This document shows positions 57,199 through 64,000 of a stretch of DNA of 64,000 nucleotides, in pieces; positions within the stretch are counted from its first letter, which is position 1; each line of letters opens with the position of its first letter. The notes under the pieces were generated by a model that was not told the DNA's origin, ran no database searches, and saw nothing but the letters and a program-made list of their open reading frames with translations. This stretch comes from Minisyncoccota bacterium (GTDB taxonomy: Bacteria; Patescibacteriota; Minisyncoccia; Phycocordibacterales; Phycocordibacteraceae), in the NCBI GenBank assembly GCA_022842945.1, contig JALHOO010000001.1, forward strand, positions 221,830 through 285,829. The letters are read 5' to 3'. The translations under genes were made by a program, and so were the position numbers.

Positions 57199-57981
57199 CT
57201 ACTTCTGGAGAGCCTTGTGCATGGCAAGCAGTTTCTTCCCTGCTGCTTCGCGGTAGGGACAGAACTCACATGCACTACCCGTTGGTGGTATGACGTCTGC
57301 ATCAAGTGTTTCCTTAATCTTAGGCAGGATCTCGTCAATCCACTCCGTATTTCCTTCGCACTCCACAACCGTAACTTCAAACTCAAGCTTCCCGTCAAAG
57401 GCCTGCTTGTCGTCATACGCGTTCGCGTAGACTAGGTACCCCATAGAAGACACCTCAAACCCATTCTGTCGCAATAGCCACTGATATACGCCCATTTGCC
57501 TGCGATACTGCTCGTTCCAGCTTGAGTCTCCAAGGGTCTCTATGGTGCCGGGTTTTGAGGTTGCCTTGTAGTCAACAACAATAAGCTCTCCTGAGGGCGC
57601 AACCCAAATGTCGTCAACAGCTCCTGAGATAACAAACCCCGTAGATGGGTGCGTGTACTCAACACCCTCGAAGTTCTCCCTCCAGGTATCCATCTTTGCG
57701 TGCACAAAAGGGACCGCATCAATGCCGTACTTCTCCATAAGTGGATGCGCGGTTGCTGCTGTGCGGTGCGCATCGAACTCTCTTTTGAAGAGTGCATCAA
57801 CTGCTTTGTTAAGCGTAAACTCTGGCATGCCAGGACGCTTGGTCCCTAGCTTGTTGTCTACATAAAAACACCGAGGACACTCAACGAAGTACTCAATCTT
57901 TGAGCGGGATAGGCGCCATTTCTTTCCGCCATAGTTCCAGTCTGCGCCTCGGTTTGGGTTGTATCGTTTGAAATCGCTCAT
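57199..57981 (-). CDS. PD-(D/E)XK nuclease family protein (RecB/Cas4-like fold)
   Basis: LSRSKI, CPRC, GAVDD, VVDYK, QMGVY and CEFCPY. Confidence 0.85.
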   Translation of the reverse strand: MSDFKRYNPNRGADWNYGGKKWRLSRSKIEYFVECPRCFYVDNKLGTKRPGMPEFTLNKAVDALFKREFDAHRTAATAHPLMEKYGIDAVPFVHAKMDTWRENFEGVEYTHPSTGFVISGAVDDIWVAPSGELIVVDYKATSKPGTIETLGDSSWNEQYRRQMGVYQWLLRQNGFEVSSMGYLVYANAYDDKQAFDGKLEFEVTVVECEGNTEWIDEILPKIKETLDADVIPPTGSACEFCPYREAAGKKLLAMHKALQK

Positions 57982-57982
57982 A

Positions 57983-58816
57983 TTAGTCTTTCTCGCACAG
58001 GGTATTAGCTTCCGCAACAACCGTGCCTATGCGCTCAGGCGTAAGGCCAACAGTACGGAGTACATCCCGGTGTTCACGAACCTGGTCGCAGGTAACAATA
58101 CCCTTATCAATAAGAAGTCGCTTCTCTGCCTTCTTTAAGGTGGTGAGTGCGGTAACCGGGAACAATGCGTTGGCAATCATGCGGTCATAGAGATTGCCGG
58201 TGTGCGGATAGCTCCATCCAAGAAGTCCCATACCCGCACAGGTAGCGTAGTCTATGGCTTGCTTCGTGAACTTGGTGTTCGTAATAAGAAAACCCACATC
58301 AACCGGACAGGTCTTAGCATCCTCCTCTTTGCACTGCCAAATATCGTCAAAGCGCGCCTTAACATAGAGCGCCACTTTCACGTCCGTCTTGTATCCAGGG
58401 GTATTGTGATACTTAAGTTCGGCCGCAAGGTGTTCGTTACCTCTAGACGCATACACATCCACCTCGTGCGGTACACACTTCCCAGGAATCATGCGGCGTC
58501 CTTCAACTGTCCAGCCTTCTTTCTTGAATAGCTCAGCAACAAAGTCCTCGAACGGATGTCCGGACGGACCAAGATCGAACAACGCACGGCGAAGGCTGTA
58601 CCGAGCCGCTGCAGGACGTGCGTCTTGCCGCAGCATCTGAAACGCACGCTTATAAATGTCAGAGCTCTCGGCTAGCGGACCCATGGACGCTTCGATAGTG
58701 TGGCGAATGCGTTCTGCGGTTGCGTCTGTTGCACCTGCACGACGCAGCGACGCTTCGAGCTTCGTTCCCTCGAACATTTCTACACTCCCATCAGCTTTGA
58801 TGATTTCAGGCTTCAT
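57983..58816 (-). CDS. ATP-cone domain plus restriction-endonuclease-like protein
   Basis: IIKADGSVEMF ATP-cone, then FEDFVAELF, EVDV, AELKYH and ITNTKFT. Confidence 0.8.
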   Translation of the reverse strand: MKPEIIKADGSVEMFEGTKLEASLRRAGATDATAERIRHTIEASMGPLAESSDIYKRAFQMLRQDARPAAARYSLRRALFDLGPSGHPFEDFVAELFKKEGWTVEGRRMIPGKCVPHEVDVYASRGNEHLAAELKYHNTPGYKTDVKVALYVKARFDDIWQCKEEDAKTCPVDVGFLITNTKFTKQAIDYATCAGMGLLGWSYPHTGNLYDRMIANALFPVTALTTLKKAEKRLLIDKGIVTCDQVREHRDVLRTVGLTPERIGTVVAEANTLCEKD

Positions 58817-58840
58817 TTGCCCTCATCATAGCATCCCGCT

Positions 58841-59875
58841 CTAGGACACTATCCCGCCGCCAAGCACTTGGTCTTCTTGATACAGCACGAGAGATTGTCC
58901 GGGAGCTAAAGGTTCTGGAAGTGTTTCTGAAGGCGTGAACGTGGTTCTGCTTGTGCTGAGTACCCCCTCTACAAAAGGACCGTGGTACCGAAACTGAGCG
59001 GAAACAGTCTCTTCTATAGGTTCAGCGGTAAACCAATTGGTCTCCGTGAGATGTATAGCTTCGGCTGTTCCGCCTTCCAGACGTTCCTTAGACACCACGA
59101 GAACATTCTTCTCGATATCCTTCCTACGCACATACCAAGGACCCGGTGCCGCACGCTGAAGCGCGATACGTTCGCCAAGCGTGTGCAAAAGTGCTCCTTC
59201 ATGTCGCCCTACAATATTCCCTGCGTCGTCAATTGCGTCTCCCGCTTCGCACCCAAACTCGCTCTTCAAAAAATCATCTACGGAAATACTTCCCAAGAAA
59301 CATATGCCTTGGCTGTCCCGCTTTGTTGCGTTTGGAAGATGATACTTCTCTGCCAATCTGCGCGTTGCTTCTTTATGTATAGCTCCTAGCGGAAACAGCG
59401 TCTTTGAAAGAGCTTCCTTCGGTACCGCCCAGAGAAAGTAGCTTTGATCCTTGCCCGCATCAATTCCCTTCAGAAGACTTCCATTCCTTGTCTGTGCGTA
59501 GTGTCCAGTTGCTATGAGATCCGCACCCTTTAATAGAGCGTAGCGATAGAAGGCACCGAACTTAACCTCTCGGTTACACATAACGTCCGGGTTTGGTGTT
59601 CTGCCAGCTTTGTATTCAGAAAGCAGGTAGTCTATAACACCTTGCTTGTACTCGCTCGACGCATCAAGTGTCGTAAAAGGAACACCGAGCCTCGCAGCTA
59701 CACGCATCGCATCCTTGCGATCCTCTGCCCACGCGCAGGGCATGCCTGGCGGGTACCAGCCTTTAATAAACACACCAAATACATCTGCCCCTGCTTCCTT
59801 AAGAAGTGCTGCGGTTACTCCAGAATCAACGCCTCCAGAGAGACCTACAAATACACGCTTTCCTTTCACGTTCAT
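58841..59875 (-). CDS. mnmA: tRNA-specific 2-thiouridylase
   Basis: SGGVDS, TPNPDVMCN, ATGHYA, KDQSYFL and DSQGICF. Confidence 0.96.
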   Translation of the reverse strand: MNVKGKRVFVGLSGGVDSGVTAALLKEAGADVFGVFIKGWYPPGMPCAWAEDRKDAMRVAARLGVPFTTLDASSEYKQGVIDYLLSEYKAGRTPNPDVMCNREVKFGAFYRYALLKGADLIATGHYAQTRNGSLLKGIDAGKDQSYFLWAVPKEALSKTLFPLGAIHKEATRRLAEKYHLPNATKRDSQGICFLGSISVDDFLKSEFGCEAGDAIDDAGNIVGRHEGALLHTLGERIALQRAAPGPWYVRRKDIEKNVLVVSKERLEGGTAEAIHLTETNWFTAEPIEETVSAQFRYHGPFVEGVLSTSRTTFTPSETLPEPLAPGQSLVLYQEDQVLGGGIVS

Positions 59876-59999
59876 GCTGAAGGTATACCACGATTACGGA
59901 CACGGCAGTGCACTCAAGACATTACTTTGGTAGCTTCTACAATGTGTGGTAGGTTCTGTCTAGATCTGAAATGCAACCACAGAAATAGAGAGACCGGTA

Positions 60000-61061
60000 A
60001 TGCAACACACAGATGATCTTTTCAATCCAATGCATCGGTTTGTAGATACAGCATGCCTCCGGGCAGCGTATCTACAGTATGAGGAAAGCAGGAATCCGGG
60101 AGCCCAAAACTTCGTTACGCTTCCCGAAGGTGGGATGGAGCTCGGTATTGTATCGAGTGAAGACCCTAGAATCGCACGTGCGATCTCGTCTTTGCTTACA
60201 CGATCACTTGAAGGAGCGCGGTGCGACAAAGGTGGCCATCTGCCACCTGAAGTTGTAACGCGTGTACAGCGAGACATCATTTCACCCGAAGGCGTTTCGA
60301 CACTTTGGGGTATCGCCGGACACCGCTTTGTGCTCGCTCGCAGGCACGACGTGCACACGCACGAGATTCTCGCGACTATCCTCGTTGGAAGAAGCAAGGA
60401 CACCATCTTCTTCTTCACTGGCCGATACAACAACTTACGGTATTCAACGATTGCCGAGGATGTTGATTTCGATCAGCCTGACCAGGACAATTCTGCCCAT
60501 AAATGGTTCGACCGATTCGCGTTTCCGAGCCCTGAACGGTTCAAGCCGGATCGGTTCCATCACATCGCGAACTTTGTCGTTAGTCCCGAGCATCGTAGCG
60601 GAGGACTGGCATCACTTTTTCTTCGAAGTATCGTCCGTTACTACAGTAGGGATGTTCTCGACAGCAATGGTTACCCTATCATCCACTCGCAGTACTTGTT
60701 GTGTGGCCGTGGACTATGGCAGATAGGAGACCCGCCATGGTTGGCTCGAATGAAGAAGCTTGGCTTTTACCGTCGTTGGGGCGCTGAAAGCTTCTTCATA
60801 GAACATAACTGGGCGCCACTCCCTGTTGTTGTTATGCAGGGGAAACAGATTGATAACGTGGCGTATAACCGTATGTACGACATGCCTACCTGCTACGGAA
60901 TCGATCAAATCCCACATGCCTCTAACGAGCATCTGCTCGAGCGTATCCCGGAGGTTATGCGTCTTGCGCTTGATCCGAGGGCAAAGCTTCAATATTTCCA
61001 AGCCATGTTCGACTTTATGCCGGATGTGGAGAAAGGAGACCGCCATGACGACATGGAGTAG
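60000..61061 (+). CDS. Hypothetical protein with GNAT-like acyl-CoA-binding motif
   Basis: HIANFVVSPEHRSGGLA resembles GNAT motif A; MKKLGF resembles motif B. Confidence 0.55.
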   Translation: MQHTDDLFNPMHRFVDTACLRAAYLQYEESRNPGAQNFVTLPEGGMELGIVSSEDPRIARAISSLLTRSLEGARCDKGGHLPPEVVTRVQRDIISPEGVSTLWGIAGHRFVLARRHDVHTHEILATILVGRSKDTIFFFTGRYNNLRYSTIAEDVDFDQPDQDNSAHKWFDRFAFPSPERFKPDRFHHIANFVVSPEHRSGGLASLFLRSIVRYYSRDVLDSNGYPIIHSQYLLCGRGLWQIGDPPWLARMKKLGFYRRWGAESFFIEHNWAPLPVVVMQGKQIDNVAYNRMYDMPTCYGIDQIPHASNEHLLERIPEVMRLALDPRAKLQYFQAMFDFMPDVEKGDRHDDME

Positions 61062-61908
61062 AAAACCACACAGTATAGGCACTCAGAAAGTGGAGGAATT
61101 TACTGGCGAGGGTGCCTACCACGGTTCAACCAAGCAGAAACCAGTAACAGCACCTCTCCCTCGGGTTGAAACGGTAGCTGAGTCCAGACCCACGACTCTC
61201 GAGTTGCGCGTGCGGCAAGAGAGCTCGGAGATTCAAACTTTCGATGCCTACTTCCCAAACGCGTTTCGAGTTATAGAACAGCATCCTGTTCCCACACAAG
61301 AACAGGTGCGTGACGACGGCGTAACGTTCTGCTGGTGCCCCTTCGAAAAGGCGCTTACGTTGGCAGGTCCGCTAACGAGGAGTGTGCTTAACGGCATGCG
61401 TCCGGGCCTTTCGGGACGGAAGCGTCATGTCTACATCGATTCGAAGATCCAGCACTTCGAACCCGGTGATCTCCCTGTCGATAGCTGCCTTCGCCACGTT
61501 GATGGCACTATTGCGGTGCGTGACGAACGGGTGCGTCCCTTTGGAGCGTCCGTTCTGCACGACATGCGTGCCAGACTTGAGGGCCATGATCCGCCAACCT
61601 ACATGGCGTATCAATCCTCTGACCACTGTGCTACGGGCTTCCTAGCCGAGCCGCTACGCTTGAGGATGCCGGAGTTGATTCCTAACTTTGAAGATTTCGA
61701 CGGCATGGTTCGCAAAGGTGAGGTTCGTGAGATCGCACACCCTGCTGGCGCGATTGTCGCCTACGACGGGCTTACGGTGCATTGGGCTACTCCCGCAACC
61801 TCTTCTGGATGGAGGTTGTGGATACGATGTACGGAGACGGACGTTGAAATCGTCCCTAGCGCATCGGTCATCGATTGCTACGGGACAGTGTTTCGTCCTC
61901 AACGATAG
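61045..61908 (+). CDS. Putative 2OG-Fe(II) dioxygenase-like protein
   Basis: AGGAG RBS, HVD facial-triad motif, distal TVHWA and GWRLWIR. Confidence 0.6.
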   Translation: MTTWSRKPHSIGTQKVEEFTGEGAYHGSTKQKPVTAPLPRVETVAESRPTTLELRVRQESSEIQTFDAYFPNAFRVIEQHPVPTQEQVRDDGVTFCWCPFEKALTLAGPLTRSVLNGMRPGLSGRKRHVYIDSKIQHFEPGDLPVDSCLRHVDGTIAVRDERVRPFGASVLHDMRARLEGHDPPTYMAYQSSDHCATGFLAEPLRLRMPELIPNFEDFDGMVRKGEVREIAHPAGAIVAYDGLTVHWATPATSSGWRLWIRCTETDVEIVPSASVIDCYGTVFRPQR

Positions 61909-62014
61909 ACCAAAGACTTAACGACCCGATGCGTATACGTATCGGGTCGTTCTTTTTGCCATTCCCACCTATTTGTGACATAGTGCTTTTGGAAAACTTG
62001 GAAGGAGTGTCCAA

Positions 62015-62488
62015 ATGTGCACTGAATCAAAAGGCGATATAGATCGCGCAAGAACCGAAGAACAACGGGCTGCTTATGCGGGAACGATCGGACAAGGAGT
62101 CTGTCCATTCTGTGGAAAGACTGAGGACCTGCCGAAAGAAATCCGCGAACAGATACTTATTGAAGGCGTCTACTGGAGGGCCTGGCGCAATCCATTTCCC
62201 TATCCGGGCCATGCGGCGCACATTATTTTGGCGCCGATCCAACACTGGACGCAGCCAGGAGAAGGTCCGCCGGAGGCTGCGCAGGAATGGATGGAAATCA
62301 ATGTGCGCTTGATTCAGGAACTGGAACTTCCTGGTGGAGGAATTGTGATGCGGTTCGGGGGTCATGAACACAAGGGAGGGTCGATAACCCATCTGCACTC
62401 TCATATTCAGGTCCCCAACAGGAAAACCTTTTCCATCGCGGTCTTTTACGCAGACAATCAGCTTAAGGAGTTTCTCAGAACTACCTAA
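62015..62488 (+). CDS. HIT-family nucleotide hydrolase
   Basis: CPFC, NPFPY and HLHSHI triad; AAGGAG RBS. Confidence 0.85.
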   Translation: MCTESKGDIDRARTEEQRAAYAGTIGQGVCPFCGKTEDLPKEIREQILIEGVYWRAWRNPFPYPGHAAHIILAPIQHWTQPGEGPPEAAQEWMEINVRLIQELELPGGGIVMRFGGHEHKGGSITHLHSHIQVPNRKTFSIAVFYADNQLKEFLRTT

Positions 62489-62564
62489 CTGTTGTACATA
62501 CCATACTTCGAGGCCCGTCTCCTGTAAGGGAACGGGCCTTTCATGTATCAAGAAATGTTGAGAG

Positions 62565-63941
62565 CTACGTAGGAAGATTGCTTGGAGCCTCACTTGTTGT
62601 GGACTGAATACGTGGAAGACTTGGTGTCGTAACGCTGCTTGATGGGATGTGGTAGATGGTAGCGAGCTCCTCGATACTCATCACATTGTGCACGCCCACA
62701 TACGGCGCATGGAAGAATGCCCGTCTTCGATAGAACTCAAGAACACTGTGGTTTGCGTGCGCGGAGTGGTGTCCGTGCTTGTCCTCCCACGGGTAATCAT
62801 TGAAATGGTTAGACCACCTTCCGTCTGCCGGCATGAGTGAGTTGGCATTCTCTGAGTTAAACGGCTTGAAGATGTTCACGAGCACGCCACCCATAGTGCC
62901 GTACGCGGAATCTTTGGGCGCGCAGTAGATGCCGCGAATACCCACGTCATACGCTTGCTTGCCAGTGTTCTTCTCAATAGCCTCGATGCGGTTTGTCATT
63001 GCGCGCGTCGGGTTTGGGTAGCTTGTCGTTACGCGCTTCACACCACTTGCGTCCACATACTCATTCTCCACCTTATCCTCCTCGCGAAGCGCTGCAATAA
63101 CCTCCTTGGCTTCGTCCTTCCAGTTTCGCTTCTGGTCCGAACCATACTTCTCGCCCTTATGAATACGTACTACAAACTGGAGCCACAACTGCTCTTTCGG
63201 ACCCAACGATCCAAGAACTTCAAGCAGCTGCGCAAGCGGATCTACCTGTTCTTCAGGCTTCGCAACCTTGTCGAGACCGTAGTCTACATAGGTCTTCAAA
63301 GGATACGGATCGGGCTTGGTCTTTGTAAACTCAAAGGCCGTCATGGTGTAGGGCGCATGAGACGGATCGATGAGCCGGCTGTAGTCCATAGCTTCAATAA
63401 CCTCCACACCCGGATACTGCGCGTAAATGTAGCTCTCGAAAGGACGACGCCATCCTTCACGCATCCACACAAAGTAGTGTACCTGTCCGCCAATAGACGC
63501 TATCTCGTAGGAATACCAGGGTCGTGAACGGCCTTCGATAATGCGCTTGTACCAGGTCGTCTCACCTCCTCCGATATGCATACTGGAGAACACGGTCTCC
63601 ATCGCAAGCGGTGTCCTGCGAGTATCGCGTGGAAGCTTAATCTCAAGAAGAATCGTATCCTGCCTCTTAATGAAGGCAACACGGTTCGCATCTATGTAGC
63701 GCATTATGGTGAAGTGGAAGAGCACCACAGGCATCCAAAGTGGCGCCGCGAACAGAAGGAACTGGAAGTTCGTAACAGACTGCGCAGGAGCTACCACAAA
63801 GAACATAACAATCTCCGCAATGAAAGCGATGATGAGCGGCTTGAACGGCACCGCAGTACCGCCCTCGTTGTGCGCACCATGCATCCAATGCTGAATAGCC
63901 CCGAGTCCGGGAAGTCCGCCACCGTGTCCACCTGAAGACAT
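62565..63941 (-). CDS. Conserved membrane-anchored hypothetical protein (CPR-type)
   Basis: Two TM helices, LLEIKLPR, IYAQYP, YPLKTY and EELATIYHIP. Confidence 0.65.
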   Translation of the reverse strand: MSSGGHGGGLPGLGAIQHWMHGAHNEGGTAVPFKPLIIAFIAEIVMFFVVAPAQSVTNFQFLLFAAPLWMPVVLFHFTIMRYIDANRVAFIKRQDTILLEIKLPRDTRRTPLAMETVFSSMHIGGGETTWYKRIIEGRSRPWYSYEIASIGGQVHYFVWMREGWRRPFESYIYAQYPGVEVIEAMDYSRLIDPSHAPYTMTAFEFTKTKPDPYPLKTYVDYGLDKVAKPEEQVDPLAQLLEVLGSLGPKEQLWLQFVVRIHKGEKYGSDQKRNWKDEAKEVIAALREEDKVENEYVDASGVKRVTTSYPNPTRAMTNRIEAIEKNTGKQAYDVGIRGIYCAPKDSAYGTMGGVLVNIFKPFNSENANSLMPADGRWSNHFNDYPWEDKHGHHSAHANHSVLEFYRRRAFFHAPYVGVHNVMSIEELATIYHIPSSSVTTPSLPRIQSTTSEAPSNLPT

Positions 63942-64000
63942 ATAGGTAAAGTATACCCGACAAAACAAACCGCCTCGCTGTTGCGAGGCGGTTTGTGTGT

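Noticed and set aside
57199-57981. Cas4-like nuclease as the cassette-acquisition enzyme
   Set aside because: It is a stand-alone PD-(D/E)XK gene among housekeeping genes, with no sequence link to the arrays.

Overview
This is a 64-kb chromosomal segment with compact, mostly minus-strand housekeeping genes: lexA, msrA, trhO, alkA, gltX, murG/ftsW/mraY, scpAB, pepA, aspS/trpS/tyrS/lysS/alaS, dnaJ-dnaK-grpE, the infA-rpmJ-alpha operon-rplM-rpsI block, pepF, ung and mnmA. Gene content and style (short AlaRS, archaeal-type non-discriminating AspRS, leaderless starts, free-standing LAGLIDADG next to a tRNA) suggest a Patescibacteria/CPR, Parcubacteria-like genome; this is an inference. The main unexplained signal is a set of four polarised mini-cassette arrays at about 1-1.0 kb, 7.4-8.4 kb, 13.5-15.6 kb and 50.0-52.7 kb. 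In each, units of about 240-670 bp carrying one small gene, two small genes or a structured non-coding RNA are separated by same-orientation 29-bp sites (consensus TGCTGGCAGTCTGGGACGATGTTGGAACC, 15 copies). Each array ends on the right in a distinct 24-bp site (4 copies) whose reverse complement looks like the T-loop plus acceptor strand of a tRNA-Gln-type 3' end and which abuts the TAG stop of a host gene. No recombinase is visible in the window. Other accessory features are an amidinotransferase + PRMT-like methyltransferase + membrane sensor kinase cluster, a GNAT-like/2OG-Fe(II)-like/HIT cluster, and a LAGLIDADG ORF overlapping tRNA-Tyr. All calls come from visual motif recognition; no database searches were run.
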